From positions 1,674,001 to 1,738,000 of the forward strand of contig OZ218951.1 of assembly GCA_965112735.1 (NCBI GenBank): a DNA stretch of 64,000 nt, written 5' to 3'. Origin of the DNA: Phaeosaccion multiseriatum. Taxonomy: Eukaryota > Protista > Ochrophyta, other classes. The notes under the pieces are model-generated. The model was given only the letters and a program-made list of their open reading frames with translations, had not been told where the DNA came from and ran no database searches. Below, in pieces: positions 1 through 12,726 of the stretch. Position numbers and translations under genes: made by a program. Position 1 is the first letter of the stretch. Each line of letters opens with the position of its first letter.

Positions 1-2319
1 TCCACAGAAGAGCACGATGGGCTTCCTCTGGCACCAGCTGGACTTTACTGTATGCTTTCCGTGGCTCACGAGTAAACAGTTGGCGGACTTTACTTGGAAC
101 GCCAACTGTTTACTCGTGAGCCACGGAAAGTATACAGTAAAGTCCAGCTGGTGCCAGAGGAAGCCCATCGTGCTCTTCTGTGGATTATGCGTGCGCCAGA
201 AAACATGATTGATGGTGTTCGTGGCGACGACAGGCTCAAGGCCATCCAAACCGTGTTTGAGACCTCAGCCTTGTTCGTGGACCAGCAACTTCGCGGCAGG
301 GGCAAGACGCTGGATGACCGCGCCACCTTCCATGCGCTTCTGGTGTGCGCTGCTCAGCGGCAGGACAGGAGGACTACGGAAACTCTCCTGCAGAATCTTC
401 CCTTCTGGGATGCGGCACAGGTTCTGAGGCCGGAGGCGTTTCGCGGCCTTTCGCTGTTCAATGAGTTCTCAGTCGGGGGGGGGCTATGGCGAAAAGAGGA
501 AGCCTGGTGGTTTCCGCAAGTCGCGTGGTGTAAATGTCAGTGAGCCCATCCGAGTGGAGTCGCTCCTGGTAAAGTATCCGGCGAGCTTTCGGGACGCGCT
601 GGGTGCCCGGCTCCAAGGTCTGGGCCGAAAGCCCTACAGGAGTCTACAGGATGTGCGCGAGGCCGCCACAGGGGCTTGCCGCCTGGACGTCATCACCTAC
701 GACGAGCTCCAGCACATAGAGTGGCTCTGCCGCAGAGTGGAGAGTCGCTTCGAGCAGATTTGTCTAGCCGGGGGTGACGAGGAGGAGGATTGGGGTGATG
801 AGCCGGGCCGTGACGCCCAGCCTGGGGGAAGGGGACGCGAGACGGACTCTTACAAGAAGTATCGCATCTTTATGGAGATTCTTCACGACGTGAGTACTCG
901 AGCGTGTGCGTTGCGTGTGTATGTGTTGGAGTGTGTGTAGCTGTGGCTGTTTGTGTGTGTGTGTACCATGTCCCTCCCGCTGTACAGCAGCTAACGAGCT
1001 GGACCCTACCCGTCTTCCTTCCCAAACTCCAGAACTTCTTGCTTCACCTGTCCAGAATCTACAAGCGGGCCACTTCTCTGAGCAGCTCGTTTCTGCTGTC
1101 GATGGTGCTCGAGGCCAGAGTAGGCAAGGTGTTCCCAGCAGCGGACCCTCGCCGCGCATCGCCCCTTCACTTGGGCAGCACAAGGGAACTCCGCCGCGAG
1201 CTCCTCTCCCTCATGAGCCTTCTCGGTTCAGACGGCTGCATCAGACCCCACCAGGCTGAGCTGGGATTGAAGGCGCGAAAGAGCGAGCGTAGGGTCATGC
1301 GCATCATGCGAGACGTTCTCCGTATCGTCGGAGGCAAGAAGGGCGGCACAATTTACAGGCGCTACAGCGGCACCAGCATACACGGCAAAGCGCTCTTCTG
1401 CTACGTCGTCTACCTACGCCACCCCCACGTGAGTACATGGCTGGCCCGCTCGCCGCTGCCCTCGCCCCTCCCCCCCCCCCTCATGCCGCTCTCCCTCTCC
1501 ACCCACCCACTGTGCAGCTGTGGGCCATCCTCGGCATCCTCGCTGGCAACGGTTCCAGCAAGGTCTCCGACCGGTTCAGTCACGCCCGGAGGATGCTCTT
1601 CTGCTACACCATGTCCGACGCCCCGACTCTCAAGGATGAGGAGGCAGCGCAAACGGACTTTGCCAAATCCGCCGTTACTTTCTTCTCCGGCATGATCGAT
1701 GGTATGTGGTAGAACAACACAACCAGGGAAAGACACCAAGCGCTTGGCTCCTCCGGTCGATAATAAACTCGCTGACAGCCTTGCTCCTCCTCGCCCCCCC
1801 CCCCACCACCAATGTCTGTGTGCGTGAACCACAGGAGACGGTCACAACGGCAGTCTCAAGAAGCGCAAGCGCAAGGGCAAGAAGGGCAAGAAGGGCAAGG
1901 GCAAGAGCAAGGGCAAGGGCAAGCGCGGGAGGAGGCAGATTGGTCGACGGCGGGCCATTCTGGCGCTCTTCTCCACCAATCGGGGTGAGCTCGACTTCTG
2001 GCGTCGGCTTCTCCTGTGGGCGGTGCCCAAGCTCACAGACAAGCCGCTCAACAGGACGACAGCAGAGGAGTGCATCTACGTCCCCAAGAAGCTTCTCAAG
2101 GCCAAGGACGGGCGGGTCCTGGACCCCTGCTGCAGGCTGCAGTGGACAACCATCGAGGATGTCGTCAACCTCACCACGACAGCAGAGGAGTGCATCTACG
2201 TCCCCAAGAAGCTTCTCAAGGCCAAGGACGGGCGGGTCCTGGACCCCTGCTGCAGGCTGCAGTGGACAACCATCGAGGATGTCGTCAACCTCACCAAGGC
2301 CGTCAACATCCCACGTTGA
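1..2319 (+). pseudogene. Multi-exon gene remnant of unknown family, frameshifted; 3' end destroyed by a tandem duplication and fold-back
   Basis: Protein-like ORF pieces 17..208, 94..543, 461..940, 904..1695, 1437..1712 and 2023..2319 join through plausible GT-AG introns (~890-987, ~1429-1518, ~1702-1834) but need frameshifts near 90 and in the G9 run at 475-483. Ends in a 40-aa tandem duplication and a stop inside a hairpin. Confidence 0.55.
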
Positions 2320-2454
2320 CGGCCTTGGTGAGGTTGACGACATCCTCGATGGTTGTCCACTGCAGCCTGCAGCAGGGGTCCAGGACCCGCCCGTCCTTGG
2401 CCTTGAGAAGCTTCTTCGGGACGTAGATGCACTCCTCTGCTGTCGTCCTGTTGA
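2047..2454. repeat. 120-bp tandem duplication followed by an inverted copy (fold-back)
   Basis: 2056-2175 = 2176-2295. 2176-2307 is the reverse complement of 2315-2446 (1 mismatch) around a 7-nt loop ATCCCAC (2308-2314). Confidence 0.95.
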
Positions 2455-2689
2455 GGGGCGGAGGGCGTCCAGCTCAGGCTCTCCCGCAAGAAGATGGACG
2501 ACCCGAGGGCAGAGTACGGGTGCGGACATGGCGAGGTTTTGGATGATTGAAATACATTCAACTTCTCTTCCCTCTCGAGTCGTCTTCGCGAGAAGGCCCT
2601 TCCCACATCTCTCATCTGCCTGCGCTCGCGTCCCGAGTGCCACCGGACCAGGAGCAGCCAGCACGATGGGAGTAGCAGCAGCAGTAGCA

Positions 2690-3450
2690 GCAGCAGCACT
2701 AGTAGTAGCAGCAGCAGTAGTAGCAGCAGTAGTAGTAGCAGCAGCAATAGTATTAGTAGTAGTAGTAGTAAGAGTAGTAGTAGTAGGAGGAGGAGGAAAG
2801 CTGTAGTTTTGTCAGACCGACCATCTAATCGAATGCCAACGACACTATCCACATCTCACTCAAAAACAGACGTGCTCATCTGTCCTGGCTCATCCCCACC
2901 CTCACCCTAACCCGTGAGTGAGTGAATGAATGCGTGAGTGAGTGGGTGCGTGCGTGTGTGCGTGCGTGTGTGCGTGTGTGCGTGCGTGAGTGAGGGAGGG
3001 AGTGAATGAGGGTGTCAGTGAGTGAGGTAGTGAGGGAGTGAGAGGGTGAGTGATTGAGTGAGTGAGTGAGTGAGTGAGTGAGTGAGTGAGTGAGTGAGTG
3101 AGTGAGTGAGTGAGTGAGTGAGTGAGTGAGAGAGAAAGTGAGTCAGTGAGTGATTGAGTGAGTCAGTGAATGAGTGAGTGAGGGAGTGAGGGAGTGAGGT
3201 AGTGAGTGCGTGAGTGAGTGCAGCAGCAGCAGTAGTAGCAGCAGCAATAGTATTAGTAGTAGTAGTAGTAGTAGTAGTAGTAGGAGGAGGAGGAGGAGGA
3301 AAGCTGTAGTTTTGTCAGACCGACCATCTAATCGAATGCCAACGACACTATCCGCATCTCACTCAAGAAGAGACGTGCTCATCTGTCCTGGCTCATCCCC
3401 ACCCTCACCCTCACTCTCACCCGTGAGTGAGTGAATGAATGCGTGAGTGA
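2690..3450. repeat. ~230-bp direct duplication (2730-2945 vs 3235-3450) with (AGT/AGC)n
   Basis: Both copies share GCAGCAATAGTATTAGTAGT...GGAAAGCTGTAGTTTTGTCAGACCGACCATCTAATCGAATGCCAACGACACTATCC. Confidence 0.9.
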
Positions 3451-6400
3451 GTGAGGGAGGGGGGGGAGGGGGGGGGGGGTTGAGGGATTGAGTGAGTGAC
3501 TGGGAGATCGAGTGAGTGCGTGAGTGAGGGACTGAGTGCGTGAGTGAGTGAGGAAGTGAGTGAGTGAGTGAGTGAGTGAGTGCGTGAGGGAGGGAGTGAG
3601 TGCGGGAGTGAGTGAGTGAGTGAGTGGATGGGTGAGTGAGTGCGTGAGTCAGTGAATGAGTGAGTGAGGGAGTGAGGGAGTGAGGTAGTGAGTGCGTGAG
3701 TGAGTGAGTGCGGGAGGGAGGGAGTGCGTGAGTGAGTGCGTGAGTGAGTGAGTGAGTGGGTGGGTGGGTGAGTGAGTGAGTGATTGAGTGAGGGAGGGAG
3801 GGAGTGAGGTAGTGAGTGCGTGAGTGAGTGAGTGCGTGAGTGAGTGAGTGCGTGAGTGAGTGAGTCAGTGAGCGAGGGACTGAGTGAGTGAATGAGTGAG
3901 TGAGTGATTGAGTGAGTGAATGAGTGGGTGAGGGAGTGAGGGAGTGAGGTAGTGAGTGCGTGAGTGAGTGAGTGCGTGAGTGAGTGCGTGAGTGAGTGAG
4001 TGAGTGAGTGAGTGAGTGGATGGGTGAGTGAGTGCGTGAGTGAGGGAGTGAGTGAGTCAGTGAGTGAGTGAGTGATTGAGTGAGTGGGTGAGTGAGTGAG
4101 TGAGTGAGTGAGTGAGTGAGTGAGTGAGTGAGTGAATGAGTGATACGAGTGAGGGAGTGAGGGAGTGAGGGAGTGAGGGAGTGAGTGAGGGAATGAGTGA
4201 GGGAATGAGTGAGTGAGGTAGTGAGTGAGTGAGTGAGTGAGTGAGTGAGTGAGTGAGTGAGTGAGTGAGTGGGTGGGTGAGTGAATGAGCGAGTGAGTGA
4301 GGGACTGTGTGCGTGAGTGAGTGCGTGAGTGAGTGCGTGAGTAACTGAGGGACTGAGTGAGTGAGGGAGTGAGTGAGTGAGAGAGTGAGTAGGTGAGTGA
4401 GTGAGTGAGTGAGTGAGTGAGTGAGTAAGGGAGGGAGTGAGTAAGGGAGGGAGTGAGGGACTGATTGACTGACTGACTGACTGACTGACTGAGTTAGTGA
4501 GTTAGTGAGGGAGGGAGTGAGTGAGGAAGGGAGTGAGTGAGTGAGTGAGTGAGTTAGTGAGGGACTGAGTGAGTGAGGGAGTGCGTGAGGGAGGGAGTGC
4601 GTGAGTGAGGCAGTGAGTGAGGTAGTGAGGTAGTGAGTGAGTGAGTGAGTGAGGTAGTGAGTGAGGGACTGAGTGAGGGACTGAGTGAGTGAGTGAGGGA
4701 CTGACTGACTAAGTGAGTGAGTGAGTGAGGGACTGAGTGAGTGAGTGAGTGAGTGAGTGAGTGAGTGAGTGAGTGAGGGAGTGAGTGAGTGAGTGTAAGA
4801 AGGCATCCTTTTGCTAGGCTGACAGCTATCCACTGAATATTCACGGGAAGGATCGACCTTAACTGACAGGCATGTAAGAAGGCATCCTTTTGCTAGGCTG
4901 ACAGCTACCCCGGTGAATATTCAGTGGATAGCTGTCAGCCTAGCAAAAGGATGCCTTCTTACATGAGTGAGTGAGTGAGTGGGGTAGTGAGTGAGGGACT
5001 GAGTGAGGGACTGAGTGAGTGAGTGAGGGACTGACTGACTAAGTGAGTGAGTGAGGGACTGAGTGAGGGACTGAGTAAGGGACTGAGTGAGTGAGTGAGG
5101 GCCTGACTGACTCAGTGAGGTAGTGAATGAGGGACTGAGTGAGGGACTGACTGCGTGAGTGAGTGAGGAAGTGAGTGAGTGAGTGAGTGAGTGCGTGAGG
5201 GAGGGAGTGAGTGCGGGAGTGAGTGAGTGAGGGAGTGAGGGAGTGAGGGAGTGAGTGAGGGAGTGAGTCAGTGAATGAGTGAGTGAGGGAGTGAGGGAGT
5301 GAGGTAGTGAGTGCGTGAGTGAGTGAGTGCGTGAGTGAGTGAGTAAGTAAGTGAATGAGTGAGTGGGTGGATGGGTGGGTGAGTGAGAGAGTGAGTGAGT
5401 GAGAGAGTGAGAGAGTGAGTGAGTGAGTGAGTGAGTTAGTTAGTGAGGGACTGACTGACTGACTGAGTGAGTGAGGGAGTGAGTGAGTGAGTGAGGGAGT
5501 GCGTGAGTGAGGGAGTGCGTGAGTGAGTGAGTGAGTGAGTGAGTGAGTGAGGGAGGGAGTGCGTGAGTGCGTGAGGGAGTGAGTGAGTGAGTCAGTGAAT
5601 GAGTAAGTGAGGGAGTGAAGGAGTGAGGTAGTGAGTGCGTGAGTAAGTAAGTGAGTGAGTGAGTGCGTAAGTGAGTGAGTGCGTGAGTGAGTGCGTGAGT
5701 GAGTGAGTGAGTGAGTGAGTGAGTGCGTGAGTGAGTGAGGGAGTGAGTGAGTGGGAGGTAAAGTGGAGGGAGGGAGTGGGAAGGAGAGTGCAGGGAGGGA
5801 GGGAGGGAAGGCACGAAGGAAGGAAGGATGGAGGGAGTGGGAAGGAGAGTGGAGGGAGGGAGGGAGGGAGGGAGGGAGGGAGTGAGTGGGGGAGGGAGGA
5901 AGGGAGGGAGGGAGTGGGAGGGAAAGTGGAGGGAGGGAGTGGGAAAGAGAGCGGAGGGGGGAGGGAAGGAGCGAGGGAGGGAGGGAGGGAGGGAGGGAGG
6001 GAGGGAGGGACGGAGGGAGGGACGGAGGGGGGGAGGGAGGGAGGGAGGGAGCGAGCGAGGGAGGGAGGGAGGGAGGGAGGGATCGAGATAGCGAGGGGGG
6101 CGGGATAAGAGTGAGGGAGAGAGGGAGGAAGGGAGGGAGGGAGGGAGGGAGGGAGGGAGGGAGATAGCGAGGGGGGGGGGGATAAGAGTGAGGGAGAGAG
6201 GGAGGAAGGGAGGGAGCGAGTGGGAGCGAAAGTGGAGGGAGGGAGTGGGAAGGAGGGAGTGCGGGGAGGGGGGAGGGTGGGAGGCAGGGAGGGAGGGAGG
6301 GAGGGAGAGAGGGAGGGAGGGACGGAGGGAAGGAAGCAGGCAGGCAGGCAGGGAGGGAGGGAGGGACGGAGGGAGGGAGGGAGGGAGGGAGGGAGGGAGC

Positions 6401-8332
6401 GAGATAGCGAGGGGGGGGGGGATAAGAGTGAGGGAGAGAGGGAGGAAGGGAGGGAGCGAGTGGGAGCGAAAGTGGAGGGAGGGAGTGGGAAGGAGGGAGT
6501 GCGGGGAGGGGGGAGGGTGGGAGGCAGGCATGGAGGGAGGGAGGGAGGGAGAGAGGGAGGGAGGGACGGAGGGAAGGAAGCAGGCAGGCAGGCAGGGAGG
6601 GAGGGAGGGAGGGAGGGAGGGAGGGAGGGAGGGAGCGAGGGAGGGAGGGGAGGAGGGAGGGAGGGGGGGAGAGAGTGGGAAGAAGGAGGGAGGGAGGGAG
6701 GGAGGAAGGGAGGGAGGGAGTGGGAGGGAAATTGGACGGAGGGAGTGGGAAAGAGAGTGGAGGGAGGAAGGGAGGGAGGGAGGGAGGGATAAGAGTGAGG
6801 GAGAGAGGGAGGAAGGGAGGGAGGGAGGGAGGGAGGGAGGGAGGGAGGGAGGGAGGGAGGGAGGGAGGGAGGGAGGGAGGAGGGAGGGAGGGAGGGAGGG
6901 GAGGAGGGAGGGAGGGAGGGAGAGAGTGGGAAGAAGGAGGGAGGGAGGGAGGGAGGAGGAAGGGAGGGAGGGAGTGGGAGGGAAATTGGACGGAGGGAGT
7001 GCGAAAGAGAGTGGAGGGAGGAAGGGAGGGAGGGAGGGAGGGAGGGAGGGAGGGAGGGAGGGAGGGAGGGAGGGAGGGAGGGAGGGAGGGAGGGAGGGAG
7101 GGAGGAAGGGAGAGAGGGAGGATGGGAGGGAGGAGAGGGAGGGAGAGAGGGAGGGAGGGACGGAGGGAGGGAGGGAGGGAGGGAGGGAGGGAGGGAGGGA
7201 GGAAGGGAGGGAGGGACGGAGGGAGGGAGGGAGGGAGGGAGGGAGCGAGGGAGGGAGGGAGGGAGGGAGTGGGAGGGAAAATGGACGGAGGGAGTGGGAA
7301 AGAGAGTGGAGGGAGGAAGGGAGGGAGGGAGGGAGGAAGGAAGGAAGGAAGGAAGGAAGGAAGGGAGGGAGGGAGGGAGGGAGGGAGGGAGGGAGGGAGG
7401 GAGGGAGGGAGGGAGGGAGGGAGGGAGGGAGGGAGGGAGGGAGGGAGGGAGGGAGGGAGGGAGGGAGGGAGGGAGGGAGGGAGGGAGGGAGGGAGGGAGG
7501 GAGGGAGGGAGGGAGGGAGGGAGGGAGGGAGGGAGGGAGAGAGTGGGAAGAAGGAGGGAGGGAGGGGGGGAGGAAGGGAGGGAGGGAGGGAGGGAGGGAG
7601 GGAGGGAGGGAGGGAGGAAGGGAGGGAGGGAGGGAGGGAGGGAGGGAGGGAGGGAGGGAGGGAGGGAGGGAGGGAGGGAGGGAGGGAGGGAGGGAGGGAG
7701 GGAGGGAGGGAGGGAGGGAGAGAGTGGGAAGAAGGAGGGAGGGAGGGGGGGAGGAAGGAAGGAAAGGAGGGAGGGAGGGAGGGAGGGAGGGAGGGAGGGA
7801 GGGACGGAGGGAGGGAGGGAGGAAGGGAGGGAGGGAGGGAGGGAGGGAGGGAGGGAGGGAGGGAGGGAGGGAGTGGGAAGAAGGAGGGAGGGAGGGAGGA
7901 AGGGAGGGAGGGAGTGGGAGGGAAATTGGACGGAGGGAGTGGGAAAGAGAGTGGAGGGAGGAAGGGAGGGAGGGAGGGAGGGAGGGAGGGAGGGAGGGAG
8001 GGAGGGAGGGAGGGAGGGAGGGAGGGAGGGAGGGAGGGAGGGAGGGAGGGAGGGAGGGAGGGAGGGAGCGAGGGAGGGAGGGAGGGAGGGAGGGAGGGAG
8101 GGAGGGAGGGAGGGAGGGAGCGAGATATCGAGGGGGGGGGGATAAGAGTGAGGGAGAGAGGGAGGAGGGGAGGGAGGGAGGGAGGGAGGGAGGGAGGGAG
8201 GGAGAGAGGGAGGAAGGGAGGGAGGGGAGGGAGGGAGGGAGGAAGGGAGGGAGGGGAGGGAGGGAGGGAGGGAGGAAGGGAGGGAGGGAGAGAGGGAGGG
8301 AGGGAGGGAGGGAGGGAGGGAGGGAGGGAGGT
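2912..8332. repeat. Compound microsatellite tract: (GAGT)n to ~5750, then (GAGG)n, with higher-order duplications
   Basis: Directly visible. 240-bp tandem unit at ~6161/6401 and a 330-bp-period duplication at ~4651/4981. Confidence 0.97.
4794..4965. repeat. Unique ~50-bp sequence arranged A / partial A / inverted A inside (GAGT)n
   Basis: TGTAAGAAGGCATCCTTTTGCTAGGCTGACAGCTA at 4794 and 4873; reverse complement at 4913-4965. Confidence 0.93.
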
Positions 8333-8696
8333 GTGGTGGAGCTGGGTTAGGCTCAATTACGTATTATTAGGTAGGCAGGACAGTAAGTCAATGATGGGGG
8401 ACGCGGCCTTTTTGGGGCCTGGTTGGCCCCTCCGCACTCCTGAACCCGATAAGACCAAGTGGATTGCTTCCTGAAAACAAGGGAGCTGTCCAGGGTCTTA
8501 GGGTGGGAAAGCCCTCGTTATTAATACACTTGGTGTCAGCATTGGACTCTTCTCTCTCCTCTATTGGGACCACGAACGCAGCGCTCAGCTTGGAGGTGCC
8601 TTGCTCCTCTTAAATAGAGGGAGGTACAGGCCTCACAGGCTCAAGCAATGGAGCCGATTAATAGGATCACCTTAGAAACTGAAACTGAAAGTGTGT

Positions 8697-9109
8697 TCGG
8701 CCCCATGCACGCCTAGCGGCCTACTAGGCCTATTTGGGAAAATTGCCCGGCCTAGCGAGGGCCGTAGGCCCTCGGCCTATTCATATGCCGCCGCCTAGGC
8801 GGCCTAGGCGGACCGGAGGCCCGCGTAGGGCAGACGCCAGCCAACTAGTAGGCGGACGGTGGGAGTGCCCAGCCAGAGTGCAAAGAGCAAATGCATGGGA
8901 TGGATTGGAAGTGAGGAGTAGACTTCGTTCGTGTTTTCTCTTCCGCCTCGCTGGCCCTACGAGGAGTGCAGACCTACAGGTGTGCTGCTACCCACTGGCT
9001 AGGCGGCACCACGCACGCGCCCACGGTCACTGGGAGGCTGCCTAGAGGCGGGCTGTATAGGCCGCCGGCCTAGGCCTAGAGCAAAACCGCTAGGCGTGCA
9101 TGGGGCCGA
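8697..9109. mobile_element. Non-autonomous TIR element (MITE), 413 bp
   Basis: Perfect 23-bp TIR TCGGCCCCATGCACGCCTAGCGG (8697-8719 / 9087-9109). Flanked by 6-bp GTGTGT on both sides. Many internal CCTAG/CTAGG motifs. Confidence 0.85.
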
Positions 9110-9140
9110 GTGTGTGTGTGTGAGAGAGAGAGAGAGAGTC

Positions 9141-9212
9141 TCAACCCCTGATACACTATCCGCTATCCCTATCGAGAATGTGGGCGATAGCTAGTGTATC
9201 AGGGGTTCTTGA
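9141..9212. mobile_element. Degenerate mini-MITE related to 54340-54454
   Basis: 16-bp IR AACCCCTGATACACTA. Internal CTATCGAGAATGTGGGCGATAGC matches CTATCGAGAAAGTGGCCGATAGC of the 54340 element. Confidence 0.7.
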
Positions 9213-9422
9213 AGAGAGAGAGAGCGAGAGAGAGAGAGAGAGGCAGAGAGAGAGAGAGATGAGAGTGTCATGGTGAGGAGGAGGGGGGGCGTGGGCCCCA
9301 GGTGTGAGCACCTTTGAAGGGTGTCGGCCGGTGCGCCCTGAGAGGGGAAGGAAAAAAAAAAAAAAACGCTACGTAAGCACTACGTAAGGGCGAGAAAAAG
9401 GCTCACAAACCGGAACTTAAAA

Positions 9423-9519
9423 TTCTCGTACCAGGGCTCGAACCTGGGATACTTGATTTCATTAGTGGACTCTCGACCGCTTTCAAAGTCAAGTGTCGTA
9501 ACCACTAAACTATACGAAG
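9423..9519 (-). tRNA. trnQ-UUG: tRNA-Gln (anticodon TTG) with a 25-nt intron at 37/38
   Basis: Cloverleaf: anticodon stem CTTGA/TCAAG, loop CT-TTG-A (TTG at 9486-9484), intron 9482-9458, T arm CCAGG-TTCGAGC-CCTGG, A-box TAGTTTAGTGG. TTTT Pol III terminator immediately downstream. Confidence 0.88.
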
Positions 9520-9650
9520 AAAATGTGCCGAAATCAGGACTTCTGATTCGTCATAATGTTTCCGGGGGAGAATCATGCCGTCTCAGCTCCGCCGGAACCT
9601 GGGGAAGTTGACAGAGGAGAGGATGTAACGAGCGAGGAACAGTCGGGCTC

Positions 9651-9894
9651 CGGGACATCTGCATCGGGGGGAGTGATGCAGCAGTCGGAGGAGCAGCTCG
9701 AGGGAAACCAGGCCATCCGGGTGGCGGATAACACAGGTAACAGAACACTTTGGGGGGGGGAGAAATTTGCACGGTGTGGGTGTGGCTGTTCTCTTACTTT
9801 CTCAACATCTATGTTATCCGCCACCCGGATGGCCTGGTTTCCCTCGCGCTGCTTCTCCGACTGCTGCATCGCTCCCCCCGATGCAGATGTCCCG
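9651..9894. repeat. 86-bp inverted repeat with 72-nt spacer
   Basis: 9651-9736 is the reverse complement of 9809-9894 with about 4 mismatches. Confidence 0.93.
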
Positions 9895-10944
9895 CCAGTT
9901 CCTCGAGTGTATGAGGAAAGAAGTAATAGCAGCAACAGCAGCAGCAGCGGCTGCAGGAAGAGGAGATGAGGACTCAGCAGCTGCCGCATGAGAAAGAGGA
10001 GCACGAGCAACATGAAGGGCATGGTGGTCTTGAGGAGCAGCGGCAGCAGTGGTGGCAGAAGGACTCGGCACGAGTACTACCGCTGTCCCAACACGCGGTG
10101 CAACAACAGCTTGTGCAGGGCGAGGTTCGGCCTCTCTCGACTTGGTCAGATATATCCGTTCCAATGCCTGGCGGGGCAGTCAGCGCTAGCTTCGTAGTGA
10201 CCGCTACTGCAGTCGTGCTGGTAGATGGACAGACACGACATGACGCGGGAGCTCATGGATCAGCATGGCAGCAAATAGGAGGTCTCACCGATTTGTGGAG
10301 AGTTGTGGACCAGCGTCAAAGCCCACCTTGTCGAGTGCGTGGGCTGGGGGGATCTGTGTGGCCTAAGGGGGACAGGAGGAAGTGAACGAGTGGCCGCAAG
10401 GGGGATGTACGGGCACTTGGAAGACATCAACGTGTGCTGCTTGGTGACACCTCCCTGGACTTATGAGGCGCCTCGGTGTAGAGACAAGGAGCTAGGAGGC
10501 AGGACGCTGTAGCTCAAAGGCGGGAGCGACGGGTGGTTCGGAGAGGGCGTGGCGGTGCTCCACAGCAGGAGCAGGAGGAGTCAGCTGTTGGTGGTCAAGG
10601 CACACCTCTTCCACATACGCTGCCTCGTGTTTCACAGTTGACAAGCGAGCGACAGTTTCAGCGAGGAGTGGTGGTGTTAGTGCGGGGCTCGGTGTGGGGG
10701 GATGATTGGGCTACTCGTGCGTGGCCCTGTCTAGTGGTGCACGTTCAGCCGGATTGTTCCCTTGAGTTTGTTTCGATAGCCCTTGTCGTTAATATACTTG
10801 GTACTGGCCTTTGTCTCTTCTCTCTCCTTTGTTGGGACCGAACAGCGCTCAGCTTGGGGATACTTTCCTACTCTTAGTCAGAGGGAGGTAGCGGTCCCAC
10901 ACTAGCAGTAGGAAGTCTTCTAACGTACCCTCTCTCTCCGTCCT

Positions 10945-11300
10945 CCCTTCCTTCCTTCCGTCCCTCCCATCTTCCTTCCTTCCTTCCTTCCTTCCTTCCT
11001 TCCTTCCTTCCTTCCTTCCTTCCTTCCTTCCTTCCTTCCTTCCTTCCTTCCTTCCTTCCTTCCTTCCTTCCTTCCTTCCTTCCTTCCTTCCTTCCTTCCT
11101 TCCTTCCTTCCTTCCTTCCTTCCTTCCTTCCTTCCTTCCTTCCTTCCTTCCTTCCTTCCTTCCGTCCGTCCGTCCGTCCGTCCTTCCTTCCTTCCTTCCT
11201 TCCTTCCTTCCTTCCTTCCTTCCTTCCTTCCTTCCTTCCTTCCTTCCCTCCTTCCCTCCTTCCCCCCCTTCCTCTCTCCCTCCCCCTCCTCCCTCCCTCC
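10945..11300. repeat. (TTCC)n microsatellite
   Basis: Directly visible. Confidence 0.97.
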
Positions 11301-11357
11301 CTGCCTACCTCCCCTGCCTCTTGTCCCCTCCATACTCTCTCTCCATCTCTCTCACCG

Positions 11358-12456
<1,099 letters not shown>

Positions 12457-12689
12457 TTTTGGAAATTTCCCACAACCTTCCAATTTTTAAGGGGCGATCG
12501 GCCCCCTCTCTCTTTAAAACTCCGACAGGCACTTAAGAATTGGAAGAAGAAAGCGAAATTGCGCAGTAGTTTGCGAGTAGGACACGGCATGCAGATGATG
12601 ATTGGGAGGAGCGGCACCCCCCCAGCACGGCAGCAGCTGCCAGTCGTGACTTGAGGGCGCAGCGGCAGCAGCCGTGCCAGTTCCGCAGC

Positions 12690-12691
12690 AT

Positions 12692-12726
<35 letters not shown>

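Larger units (their letters stand above)
8511..10900. repeat. Two diverged copies (~8511-8636 and ~10779-10900) of a dispersed repeat, probably an old TE remnant
   Basis: Shared TTAATA(C/T)ACTTGGT...CTCTTCTCTCTCCT.T.TTGGGACC...CAGCGCTCAGCTTGG...AGAGGGAGGTA. Confidence 0.7.

Noticed and set aside
8340-8352. Telomere-like GGGTTAGG
   Set aside because: Isolated single unit; no tandem telomeric array anywhere in the window.
4057-8474. Very long ORFs (e.g. 1105 aa PPSL, 720 aa GREG, THSL repeats)
   Set aside because: Translations of (GAGG)n/(GAGT)n microsatellites that lack stop codons.
9988-10197. Short Cys-rich ORF (YYRCPNTRCNNSLCRARF) resembling a zinc finger
   Set aside because: Too short, with no supporting exons or recognisable family.
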